From Balanoglossus misakiensis (Eukaryota; Animalia; Hemichordata): a stretch of 64,000 bases of DNA. Location: assembly GCA_040954595.2 (NCBI GenBank), contig CM082592.2, positions 7,489,677 through 7,553,676 of the forward strand, in the 5' to 3' direction. The stretch's first letter is position 1. Each line of letters begins with the position of its first letter. Under the pieces are notes generated by a model. The model saw only the letters and a list, made by a program, of their open reading frames with translations. It did not search any database and was not told where the DNA came from. Below are positions 51,435-64,000 of the stretch, piece after piece. Both the position numbers and the translations under genes were made by a program.

Positions 51435-54400
51435 TCTGGTTATTGTTTCAGTGCCTTAGAAGAAGAAAAAAGACTTATGTTTTTCTCAAGTGAAAAAATA
51501 ATATCACGCAGGTTTTGTGCGTCAAACCTGCAGCACGTGCCAGCTCACGTCATCCATCTTGATCGCATTTCGACGTCGCCGGTTGATGTTGAACCTGTGT
51601 GTTCTGATTGTTTTGGACGTGGGCGGACTATCACATCTTTGCCTTTTTCAGTTTTTGTGTGGACATTGGGTGTTCCCTTAAGCCTTTTAATGGAAGCGTG
51701 GGGTGAAGGAACAAGGCCATAGGACTTGCAGAAATGAAACTGAAAACAGTCACTGCAGGATACCTTGGGTTCTTGACTTTTTGTGTTTGGTATGGACTGT
51801 TCCAACAAGCCTGCTTGAACTGGGCAGGTGAGCGTCCGACAAGCTCCTCTGAACGACCCTTTGTGTGTGGACTAACTCGCAGTGGGGATAGAGTACCTTG
51901 ACGAATGCAGTATTACAAGTATTTACATACTGCCCACATGACGTTGCCTTATGTACCAACTACAGCCAAAATTTGGGCTGACTATCACGAATAACACGAA
52001 AGAGTTTGCGAATCCAGCACTCTGATATGCAACTTTGGAGATGCACTCGTTTCTAAAAAATAAAAACTGAATAAAAAGGACAAAGAAGTATTTTTGTAAA
52101 AAATCGTCAAGTATTTTTGTAACTTCGATAGAAGCTTGCAGATACATAAAGTGACCATACCTATTAAGGAGGTGCCTTGCCATAGGAAACGTTGCAGTAT
52201 TTTACAATTGTTTCTATATTTTATGACAAGTCTTGGGTGTATAGGTGGCTCTGTTTTTGGAGCTGCATTTTGTATTAATACCAACTGACAAGATGCCACA
52301 CTCTGTGTTGGTTTAATATCTTCCACCGGATGTGCACGAATCTTGCGGTGAGACGATGTTGGTACGAGTTGCTATGCAAGTTATGGCATACCCCCTACTA
52401 TATCGTTGCTAATCCAGTTGGAGCCACACTTTGGTGTTGATAAAAAACATACGTTCCCTAACTTTCCGTCACATTTTTTGTAAAAAGTCAGGTAAAATGC
52501 ATACAATGCACTTTTTGCTGATTATACCAAGATACCCTGATCACTATGATAAGTTGACAAATGTGAGCGTATGTAACACATATCAAAGAAGTTTTAAAGA
52601 ATCTCTTCTTTCACATTTCAAGAAGAAAAAACACATAGACTTGGTGGGGATTGGCAGTTGTGTTTGTGATAGACACAAGTTGAATTTATTTGACATTCCT
52701 GGGGTTTCGTGGCACTCTGTGGTGAACTAGCTATAAGCAAGAGTCTGTCAATGTGCCATAAACCCACCAATAATACTTCACTGTACATATCACATGACTA
52801 CAAACAGCCTATCATATGTTGCCTATGTGGCAATGCAAATGATTTGCACAGCTATGTGGTATGGCACCTTTATGGCTGAATATTTTTGGAAATTTTGCTT
52901 TTGAAAAATATTAAATATTTTAATGTGACCTGAAAGTTGCATTGCAACTGAAGAGAACAGGTGGTGTTTCCTCTTTCATGACGAGTTTGAAGCTTTTTGA
53001 AATGAATTTGTCAATCTCTATAGAGCAGAATAAATCTATACTTACATAAAATGCTTTCCTGCATGTTTTACGGTAAATGCAGCTTTTCATAATGGAGGGT
53101 CAGAGGCTAGTTAGTAATACAAATTATTCTATTATGGAATATGTATTTTTTCAGACTTTCAATTTGAAAGGAATCACTTTATTTTTCTTGATAATAATTT
53201 GAATATAATTGAAATGTTGAAAAAATGTATCTTTCTTACATTTTATAGATAAGATTAATATCAATGTTTACATATACTCAAAGTCAAAACATATGAATAT
53301 TTTGCCTCAGATTGTGTTGATGTTTAAAGAGTTTGTTATCAGGTGATTCATTGAGTGATAATTTAATACTTGTTTAGTGTTTTATTAAATGTTATTTAAT
53401 TGCCATTTAAGCAGAAAATTTAATTTTTCACATTAGTCTTTAATTACTAAATGACTAAAAAATGATAATTTATTAATATGGAGATTTATTTAAATATGTT
53501 AATGTGTTAGCATTAATTATTGATACAAAAGGCCTATTTATTTTTTAATGTTCATTTAGAGAGGATTTTATTATTATCTTGCCAACACTGGCTGAGAAAA
53601 GTAGTTTGTTTAGAGACTGGGAATTTGCGTGGTCTAATCACATTGTTTTGGGGGCTGTTAAAATAAGTTTAATTTATGTTTTTCATTCTTCACAAGGAAC
53701 ATTTTTTAAAAGTTATAATTTATATATTCAGATGTGCATCACATTGTCACACAACAGGTGCCACTTGTGGGGCGGGGTATGTTCACTCTTTTTGAAACCC
53801 CTGATGTCACTTTATTCACGTGCTTTGACTGAATTTTGTCTTTGTGTGTGTGTTTTTCACTCTTTGTTTTCTGTTGTGTGTGCTTCATAATCATTGATAG
53901 TGACAGTAATGGCTGGGTCATAGACGGTGGTTGTTACTCAGATGTTGTGAACCAGATGCTAGTTTTATACCTTCGTATTTTTCTAAGCTGCCATCATTAC
54001 AGTGCTGACAGATGTATTCAAGGGCAAATTATGAATATATAAAGCAAGGAATACCAGTAATTTCTTTTCTGATGTACCAGTACATCATGGCAATACGTTT
54101 TGGGCAGATGGCTTTCCTTTCAAAAAAGTCTATGAATGTGTAACTGGCAAAATCTAGGCCTCAGTAACCGGCACACTGAATATTAAATGTAGGTCGTGCT
54201 CATAAAAACAGTGTTAATTTATGAATGTAGGTCAACCTCATCATCATCATCATCATGCCAAGTTAAATTTTTCAGTGTCTGAAAGAAACATACAAGACTT
54301 CTTTTGGCAGGTAAATCAAATGCCATGTGGTATAAATAGAGCTTCTGTACACAGAAACTGTAAACAGATCATGCTAGCTGCAGCATTGAAATCCATAAGA

Positions 54401-56587
54401 TAGGTATGATGTAAGAGTTGTGTTTGATGGGTTTGATGAAATTTATTTTTAGAAAAGTAGTGCCATTGTAATACTGCCACAGCATTATTAAAATAATGCT
54501 ATGCTAACTGTAATACAAATTCAAAAAAAATATAGATGTACATACTTTTATGTACGAAATGCCATATGTACTGTGATGTATTTAATTGTATTTAAATTGG
54601 TTTACAGATTCTTGCCATATCTGAGTATTAATATGTTGTGCAAACTAAGATGTATGTAATTTTAATGGTGTTGAAACCTTTCCACCAGTAAATTTATGCA
54701 TATTTAATGTATTATTTCTGTGGTCTTTTAAAGATATGATGTAACATTCCGAAAATATTGCTGTACGAAATGAGAATGAATGGGTACAGTGATTTTAAAT
54801 GGCGGCATGAGTTCTGTCCAAAGATTCGTTGGCATAGTAGTTTGAGGCAAGATATGAAAAGTCATTTTCTCTGTTCTGTGTGTAAAGAGGTAGCAGGCAG
54901 GCAGGTAGAATACTACACAGTCGCATGAGAGCTATGTGTTAAGATGAAGATAGCAGATTTTTGGCTGACTGCCACTTTCATTTCACCCATAACAGAGTAC
55001 TAGTCAATCTATGGTCAAATATAAACCATTGCTTGATATTGTTGGATTTTTGAAGTCTGTATTTGGATTCAATACAGTATAGTCAGGATCTGCAAACCTA
55101 TGTTATGTAGTATCGGCTAATCAAAGTATGTACCCAAACCACAACAAAAATACATTTTATTCAGTAAAGTTGATAATCTACAGTAGAGAACTCGCAAGGC
55201 GAACATGTTCAGAAAGCTTGAGCTAATAATCTGCAAATTGTTCACCTGTTGACATGTGTTTTCAATAATAATTTTGAAAAGGATTCTATTTTCAAATATC
55301 TGATTGTAAGAAGGTGCTTTCTTGGTTTACTGGAATATGAATTTGTGGTGTTAAGTACTGGCTGTTTGTCACAAGCAGCTTTTGTATTGTGAATGGTGTT
55401 CAAGTTTTTGTAAGAAATTACTCAAGTCACTCGTTCATTTAGTCAGTTAGTTGAGTTGGTCAGTCTGATCATGGTTGCTTCACCGAAGCATGTAGTCAGT
55501 CATTTAGTCACCTTGTTATATTAGGCTGTTCGATTTCTAGTATTGTCCTAACAGAGTTTATGACACATTTATTTATGCTAAATAAATCTTGTTGAAAATG
55601 TATGACAGAGTTGCACTCAGAAACGTGTCGATTTTTTATGCAATACTACTGTACCACATAATTTATTCCATTATTGAATTCAAAAGAACATCATCAAATC
55701 ATGCAGAATTATCAACATCTGACAAGCCTATAAAATGTGAATATTAAAAACAAAAGATGCTACCTAACACAGTATAAATCTCCATAAACTTGAATGTGCA
55801 CTGTTGGTCAAAGGTCATCACTGAATCAACATATGTAAAAAAAAGAACTACTGCAGTGCATACATTATTAGCACATGCAGCAGTTTTGTTACCTGATTGT
55901 ACTTAACCACGATATATTGCACGCAATAGTGAAAGCCACAAGACAAAGGTGACATTACACCCTTTTGATAGGCCTAGTGCCTTCATAAACTACAAATACA
56001 AAGTATATTGACAAACTCTTTGACATGGTCTTCACTGCTGTGTGAATCCACATACTGATAATTTCCATAAAAAGAATGAGGGACTGCGGTAGAAATAATG
56101 TAAAATGCGCCCTCAACGACACATGTCATTGATTCTTCCTTTTGGAAGTGGGTAAACTGCTTGATCAGTGTGATACCGTTACAAGTTATACATAACTTCA
56201 CTCTCCCCGCAATCAATGACAGGGACTTGGGCCATTTTGCCAACCACCTCCTTTTCTAACATGTCTGTCTACTAGAAAACTTAGCTACACCAACATTACA
56301 ATAACTACCGGTATATTTTTATGTCGCAAAAAAAAATCTTTATCTCAATTAATCTTCTATCAGAGCAAACAACCATTACAAAATACAAAAAGCATTCTAT
56401 AGAGACTGGTAAGAAATCTATAGAATTTATATAGATTTCTATGTAGTTTTCGACCCTACTTCTATTGAATTCTATTGAAATGCCATGACCTATAGAATGC
56501 CATAGAAGTCGACAGAAGATTTTTTATAAAGGATGAAAAAGCCACATATCACTATAAAATCAAACATCCCCCTGCATGCTGCGGCAT

Positions 56588-59141
56588 CTAAGTGGAACTT
56601 CCTGTGTTTAAATCGTCTATCCTTGCGTTCACGGCGTCTATTCTGTTCTCCAGTTCCACCACTCGTCCGTGGAGGTCCATGACCGCGTGGTTGAGTTGCA
56701 CGAGGCCCATTTCCGACGAGCGTCTTTTCAGGATTTTGCGCAGGATGTAGAGACTGACAAGGAGGCACGCTGCGACGATCGGGTTGTTCGCGAGTGCATT
56801 CAAAAGGTACAACTTAAAGCCTGAAACAGGAGAAAAAGGAATTTGAATGCACCACACTACAGCAATACTCTGCGTTCCACATTTTTTTCTGGAGTAAGCC
56901 TATTGCTTTTGCGTCATCAGAAAAGTGAGAAATCCCACCTGTAAAGTAGATGACTCTTCGCAGACACCATGCTGGTCCAAATACTCCATACAACAAAAAC
57001 ATGACGGCCATGAAATACAGACTTGTGCCAGCCGAGAAGAAGATGACGGTGATCAGGGCGACGAGAAGCCAGCATACCGTCAACACCGCCGTGACAACTT
57101 CAGGGGCATTCTTCTCGGCATGTCTTGGAAGTTTGGCAGCTGAAAAAAAAACGATCAAAATTTGTATTTAATTATTTGTCTTGCGAGTCAAATGATGAGA
57201 GCACTTTGCGCTGGTGATGAGTAAAATCCATCCAGGCTAACTTTTCAGATCAGAGGAGCAAATCCAGGACAAGTTTCATCATGAAATACTCACCTTCCAT
57301 TCCGAAGAATTCTTTACTGGTGTCATCGGTGAACTTATAAGCACCTTGCAGATACGGCGTGATAAACTCATCCATGTACGGCTGTACTGCTTTGGTCAAC
57401 GCCTTCCAGCCTTCTCGGATGTTAGTTTTGATCTGCGCGGCAAAGATGTGGAACAAAACAAAAATATAGGAAAAAATTGTATTCTTGTTGCATGCTAACT
57501 TTGAATAAGACAGATTTCTATGCAAATGTCAATTAACTGTAACCATTAGAGATCCTGGGGGAAAGGTCTCCATTGAGATGACTTACCAGCATTATTAACT
57601 GCTGTTATGTATTCGAAGTGAATTCATTACAATGAATGCACTACTGTATATTGCCAAGCCATTTACCCATTGTGTTTATCCTTCCCCACTGTTGATTTTG
57701 ACACATACATTGTCACAATGATATTTTCTCTATGGCCCATTTATTGAAATCAATTTTTCGAGCAAACATGAAATGTTTGCCTTGTAGCAAAACGGAAACA
57801 GATCTTTGATCCTGCGTTTACTAATTCCCTGCAAAACAATGATTTAGGTAATATCGCACTCTGTTTAAAAACTGCACTCCATTATGCAGATGAACAACAC
57901 CAATGATACAGCAATTAATCCCAAAGGTCAATAAACTGGTATAACAATTTACCTTTTTTCAGTGTTGGGGGAATTAGAAATTAAACAGATAAAATATTCA
58001 TTTGATTATTTTACTTCTAATAAGTGAACATATTTACTGGTTTCTTTGTCATGACAACAAAGGGATCTATCTGACCTGTATTTCAAAATTATGAGCAGAT
58101 GTATTATCTGGAACAAAAGAGCTCCTGGGACATTGGTATAATACTGGTCGAACGCGCATGTTAATTTTCTCATAAATTATGAAATTAACAATAACATCCC
58201 GCATGAATAAACATGGCCAAATTTCATTTCATGGCACTCTTTATTCTTTTGATGGCACAAGCGGAAAATTTTATGCCAATATCAAAGGTGCTTTATACAA
58301 AAGTTGCATCAGGTGAATACAATCTTGGCATTGCTATCATATACCTGCAGAAAATTAACCAAAACATGTGCAATATATAATGCACCACACCAGGGCTCAA
58401 TAAACTGTCAGCTGTAACATAATGCAACAAAGGGTACCCTTGGTGTTATTTTTAGCATACCCTGTTCTAGCTGCAATAATTGTAGCTCTTGTTTTTTCTG
58501 TTGGGTTTGCGAAAAAAAGGTTCCGCCAAGATATCGTCAAAATGTCAAAAAAAGGCCTAGATATCGTCAAAATGCCAAAAGAAGGCGGAAAACGCTACAG
58601 TTACTGCAGTTAACCCTGTTCATATCACATCTGCAGGTCATTAGAACAACTACAGGCCTAGCTCTGAATTCATACCATATTTTAATTTCAAGCAGATCTT
58701 CAATTTGGTCTTACAATGCAGTTCTAGGTGATAGTTCTGTATTTTGCATCACAGGTCTGACACTATTACCCTTTTATTTACTTAATGAGTATTCTATCAA
58801 AATAAATGTATAATAAATATATTAAAAATATAAAATATAAATTGCACAATATTTAGATAAGAGTAGACCATATGTCACACACAAAAAATATTAATGATTA
58901 TGAAAAGTATGACTGTGTATATATGTGGGTTTTTTTTTGCAGTATTACTATAGTAACAACACAATAATTAATGATTCAATTTCTGTTGTTAAATACGTAC
59001 TTTAATTTTCATTTGATTACGTACCTGTTTGAAAATGCCCAGCACCTGATCAGTGACGGACTGTTGTGCAGAACATGAGACGACGAAGACAGCGAGAATA
59101 ACAGAAAGGATAACACAGCTCCTGGGAATCGAGGTCGCCAT
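56588..59141 (-). CDS. Signal-peptide, multi-pass membrane protein with C-terminal coiled coil; TMEM109/BRI3BP-like, 229 aa
   Basis: Exons 59141-59025, 57432-57294, 57139-56939, 56820-56588 (690 nt; phases 0,1,1; GT-AG). Signal peptide MATSIPRSCVILSVILAVFVVSCSA, hydrophobic segments, and tail MDLHGRVVELENRIDAVNARIDDL. The gene model is solid; the family call is by topology only. Confidence 0.8.
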
Positions 59142-59399
59142 ACTTTACAATTGTCAACGATTAAAAAAAGTACTAGACTGTAGTGTAGACAAAGGCAAGT
59201 AAGATGCAGAGATGGCTTCTCCAAAAATATTAATTCACGGGATGGATGGGAATAGGTGACGGTGCGATGTTATACCAATCAAGAGAACGACACCATTTGG
59301 TCCCTGATGTGTTGCTAAAAATAGCGATGCTTTTGCGCGACGTGTGGTAGTATAAAAATGACAGTAGACTAGTTATACGTGTCACAATCCATAGACATA

Positions 59400-59510
59400 A
59401 CATGCATAGGGCGATTAACACCAAGAGGGATTCCCGGAAGTGAATCCTTTAATGACGTCATTTGCGTCACAGTCCTGCGCAGTTGTTGACCTCCGTGGGA
59501 TTCCCCTCTC
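59400..59510. promoter_or_regulatory. Bidirectional promoter between the TMEM109-like and rhodanese genes
   Basis: Start codons 59141 (-) and 59761 (+) diverge about 620 nt apart. ETS CCGGAAGTG 59434, TTCCCGGAA 59431, CRE TGACGTCA 59453, GGGATTCCC(C) at 59427 and 59497. Confidence 0.6.
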
Positions 59511-59760
59511 GATGATAACTACATGTATGCTCGCTCCAGCTGATCAGTGATTTTGTTTTGTCATGTCGGGTTTTACTACGTTCATTGGTTCAGTTTCACA
59601 CTAACCGGACGAATACAAGCTCCTGGTATAAATGGAACATCCGCGGTTGTCTATCATTTGTGTAAAACGTACATAAATTTGTAGGCCTTGACTTGTGTTG
59701 GGTTGTGTAGGCCCCTGTTCTGATCGATCTTGGTCGAGTTCTTGTCAATCGCTTGCAACC

Positions 59761-61346
59761 ATGATGCGCTTTTTGCGAAGAATTTTAGGGTTTTCTGAAG
59801 ACTCAAGGGACACACCAACAACAGATGCAGCGGAAATGTAGGTGAATTTTTTGTGGTTGTATAATACAAGGCCAAACACAAGCTGGCCTTCAGCCGCAGA
59901 AAGGTAACCAAGTTCAATGATTGACATTACTGTACAAATGTATAGGAGGGACTTTGCACTAAGCCAGTCGGATTTTGACCTTTCCTCCGCCAAAGCATAT
60001 CCAAGGCCTAACCTATCCACCACAAATCGCAATCACAGTCAAACAATCAGACTAAACTTACCATTCAACATTATGGTGAGGGTAATAATATTTTACTGAT
60101 AGTTAATTAAATAAAGACATGTCAACAGAAAAGAAAAATGCAGTACTGAAAAACATCCTGTAGGCTAAGTGACAAAGTTATGTTCTTGTGATGTACTTGC
60201 AGTAAATGCAAGAGGGGTAGGTCGGGTTTTCGGAGCCACACACAGTTAATCTTTTTGGCTTCATGGAAAGTGCACACACCCATTGAGGGCTGCTCCAGAC
60301 AGCACGTACCTCGTTATTCAGTGAGATAAATGGATTCCATCGAGGTAGAAGTAACCCAGTTCTGGTTATTGTGAATTGTGACTCCGGGGTCATCCACACC
60401 TCCAAGCAAAAATCGTGACAACAATGCAAAAGGGTTCAGCCTCTATAGTAGAGCGTTAAAATGCCAACCCCTCCTTAACAATAGTTCCAGTCAGTCAAAC
60501 AAGGGTCACCTGGGTGACTGAGCCTTTTCATGTTATGCCCAACTTGACAGGTCAAGTCGGAGCGGGATCCAGGGTCCTTTAAAACAGACCAACAACACTT
60601 GTATGTACATGTATCTGGTTGACAAAGGCCTTGCCGGTCGGCCCATATATATACACAAGAGACACCAGCACTGACAGTGAAAAATTACATTGGAGTTACT
60701 AGTATACATTAACCTATTTTCAGGTCTGAAGAAGACCCGCCTTCTGGAAACGATTGCGAGACGACGACGGGCGACGGCTCACAAAGTCACAGCATGGCAA
60801 TGAGACTGACGATATCGTCGTTCAGGAGGACATTCCCAAATATAAAGGGTGTCACTACCGAAACGGTCCACAAATGGTACCAAGAAGGGGTCGGCGGAGC
60901 GAGTCTGAAGACCGGCGAGGTGTCTGCCCCGGCCGGCAGGCGAGCCCTGGTTGTGGTGGTAAGTCGGGTCAGTTATCTGATAAGCCATGATTGCATTCGT
61001 CTAGCTGTTGCGTAACTTTGCTACTGTGTAATACCCTTCATTCGTTGTTGTGGTATATTTTTTAATGTTCCATGTCTGTTGCAAAACGAGTTTTGTCATG
61101 ATTAAACCACATGCGATTGTCACAATTTCATTCACAGGACAGTAGACCCGAAGAGGAATATAAGATAAGTCATATACCTGGCTGTGTCAGAATAGGCCAC
61201 ACCATTGAAGATGATGACAGCCTCATTAGTCTAATTGATAGTACCGTCAAAGGTAAGCTGATGGAGTCTGACAGAGTTATGTGGTGGTGGTGATCATGAT
61301 AATGGTGGTGACGATGATGGTGGTGATAATGATGGTGATGGTTGAC

Positions 61347-61409
<63 letters not shown>

Positions 61410-61896
61410 GCTTATTTTGACGACGTCCACTCAAATTTTCGTATGTTCCACATTTTTTTGTGTTTCAGAGGACGAAAAGGATTTCCCCAAGACGGTTGTC
61501 ATGTATTGTTCCCTGGGTTACCGTTCGTGTATGCTCGCCAATAAACTCGTCAAAGCCATCAAAACAAAAGGTATATCCAGACATTATCCATTACGTCATT
61601 ACACCTTCGTGCTGTATGTGGATGTACAAGAAGACATTTGCATCTCATTCGGTTTGTCTTCCCATTCTCACCCGTTCTTTTTATCGTTTCTGTTACCAAT
61701 AGGATCCAGCGCAGCCGCTTTTGACAACGTCGAAATCTACAACATGGAAGGCGGTCTGTTCAAGTGGGCCATGGAAGGGTCGCCGATGGTGAACAAGTCC
61801 GGCAAACCGACAAAGTACGTCCACCCGTACAGCGCCGTCTTCGGGAAACTTCTCGAAGCGTCGCGCAGAAGATACGAGGAGAGTGACGACGACTAA
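59761..61896 (+). CDS. Single-domain rhodanese (sulfurtransferase-like) protein, 240 aa
   Basis: Exons 59761-59837, 60724-60958, 61138-61252, 61469-61570, 61703-61896 (723 nt; phases 2,0,1,1). Motifs VVVDSRPEEEYKISHIPG, active-site loop YCSLGYRS, and NMEGGLFKW. Confidence 0.88.
61280..61410. repeat. (GAT)n/(GGT)n microsatellite in rhodanese intron 3
   Basis: Directly visible. Confidence 0.95.
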
Positions 61897-62232
61897 AATG
61901 CCATTGCAAATTTCTTACCAGGCTATCTACGGACCACTCTTTTCCTGGTGTCCGATGTTCTGTACCCTGACCTCTATCTGCTTTCTTTAGTTTCAATCTT
62001 TGGTATAGGTTTACAATGAACTTTCGTAAGGTAAGGTCTTAAAAATACTCTCGCAAATGAAGTGGGTTGGTGAGGCTCTACTTGAAAACTGACATAAACT
62101 GTCAATGCTCGTGTTTTGCACATGTAATGCCCAGTCAACTTTATTTTTAATTTGTTTAAAATTGATGTACATTCCCGTATCAACTATCATACAGAAATTT
62201 GCTAGTATACATAATTACAATTGGTAACACAA

Positions 62233-63753
62233 CTAGTCAGAGTCGCCCTCGTCTTCATCATGTCCATCGTGGATGATCACTTTTGCCGAATGAGTTGTCT
62301 GTTCGTCAGAGAGCTGGCACGATTCTCCGTCATCGTCGTTCTCGTCGTCGTCATCATCATTATCATCATCATCATCATCGGCAACGGGCAGATTGGCCGA
62401 GTTGTTCAAGTGGTGATTAGCTCTCATCTGGTACGGGTCTTTCCCGTCTAACGTCGACAGATACATGTCTTCTGCCTTGTCGATGATTTCGATGAGTGAT
62501 GACAGATTAACCTGGTCAAAAAAACCAGGAGGTGCGTTTTCAAAGGAGTGCAGTGATTTTTTGTTAGAATCTTCGTGGGTTTTCCACAGGAGCGTGGACC
62601 CTGTCAGTGAATTTCGCGCTCGACCGGCGCAAAGGAAGTGCGTGGTGTTTCTTACCTTGAAAAATCCATTGAACGGCGAATCCAGGTCTGCCACCACGTA
62701 GCACAGAAGTGAGATTGAGAAAACGGTGATGACACACATGGCCAGCTCCATGCGATACGATTGTGCCTGTCATGCCAGAGGAAACAATAAGTTTGTGGTA
62801 TGGCCGTGTTATAATCTTCAGGCCAAAACTGGCGGGATTTTTAAAGTTACTCCAGTACAGGCAGTGTGCTCTCAAGGGCCTATATCATGACTATGATAGA
62901 CGATATTGGCTCCAAATGGATGGGCGGTTTCGATTTATTGGTCGTTCCCCTCTGAACAGGACCCTTGGTGCCAAATTGGCCCCGGTTGTGCATGCGTAGT
63001 ACCGGTGACACCCACCTGCAGGAGAAGAACCCCAAAGAACGAGAAGAAGCCGAGGCACTCCAAGAAGAGCCACTTAAGTGGGTGGATAGCGGCCTGCAGG
63101 GTCTCGCCTCGGTCTGAACAAGCTGCGTTCAGGTGCATGATATGGTCCAGCAGTTTTCCCTGTTGGGTGAAGAGAAGTTCGCCGTGGATACAATTTATGC
63201 CAAAACCGCAAAGGCGCAGTTTTCTCTCGATGGGAATCAACCACCGACGGTACATGATTTTAAAAAGATAACATAGGTATCAATCGATAATGATTTTCAT
63301 TTGTTATAGGTATCATTATAATTTATTGCATGTAAATAAGGTTTCCACTGTTTACAGTCAATAATGGTAGTCTGTGTATATATACATGTATACTCGAAAT
63401 CGTGTAAGTGGTCAAGATAATGACCGCGGTTGGCCGGAAGAAATATCATGAAGAACATACCGTTATCAGTCGATCTGGACTCCAGCCCTTTTGTCTCTCA
63501 CCGGCGTTTTGAAGCAACTTCACTATCTGTGAAGAGTGGTGAACAAAGCATTGAATTTCTTGGACGAATCACACATGTTGGCATTTCTATAGTTGTCTGT
63601 TCGTGGAATTTTTATCGCTCAATGGCGGGTTCTGCTTACCTTCCAAACTTGTCCGCTGCACCTGTCCGACCTGTAGTCGTTGGAACTGTACCTGACCCGA
63701 CCCTGGATCTGAAGAATTATGGATACCGCTTCCTCCTTGACGATTCGAAAAAT
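62233..63753 (-). CDS. DUF4239/bestrophin-like membrane protein, 3' portion (5' exons probably beyond the window)
   Basis: Exons 63753-63640, 63526-63461, 63159-63016, 62766-62656, 62511-62233, all GT-AG and phase 0. SDR..LQAAIHPLKW, two TM helices, then DLDSPFNGFFKV (LDxPFxG signature) and an Asp-rich tail. Confidence 0.75.
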
Positions 63754-64000
63754 CTGGAGACGCCAGAATTTAAGATATAAGCAACTAAAATCACAGCCAA
63801 AGAAGTTTTGTCAGTTTTCACGACTCCCAATATAGCTCCATACGGTGACAATATCTCTGACAGTGATTTCTTCAAAAAGCCTACGCTGTGTTGAATGGAT
63901 GGAAGAGGTGCACAGACCGATATCCCAGCTCGGAAATTAAAATATAACTGAGATGACCAAATTGTATAATATACTAGACTGACTTTCTTCAACAAACTCA

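Noticed and set aside
61170-61544. Poly-His and poly-Met ORFs
   Set aside because: Microsatellite in rhodanese intron 3.
63717-63995. 92-aa minus ORF (LSEILSPYGAILGV) suggestive of a LINE ORF1 or a further exon
   Set aside because: The phase-consistent exon 63753-63640 uses a different frame; the resemblance is too short to support a call.

Overview
Eukaryotic genomic DNA, most likely from an invertebrate animal (inferred from GT-AG introns, microsatellites, poly-G/C tracts and TTAA-flanked MITEs). I found no prokaryotic features, CRISPR arrays, rRNA or tRNA. Four intron-containing genes could be assembled by hand with phase-consistent splice sites. (1) A giant + strand chromatin gene (CDS 19420-51434, 10 exons, about 3217 aa) has a Polycomb-like (PHF1/MTF2/PHF19-type) Tudor-PHD N-terminus, about 3000 aa of low-complexity sequence carrying many candidate cofactor-binding motifs, and a C-terminal MYND finger. 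The preceding 19 kb holds several candidate alternative first exons, two of them in frame. (2) A - strand 229-aa signal-peptide membrane protein of TMEM109/BRI3BP type (59141-56588). (3) A divergently transcribed + strand single-domain rhodanese (59761-61896, 240 aa). (4) The 3' part of a - strand DUF4239/bestrophin-like membrane protein (63753-62233). Non-coding DNA carries piggyBac-like and Kolobok-like MITE families, decayed TE or virus-like fragments and simple repeats. Family assignments rest on recalled motifs, not database searches.
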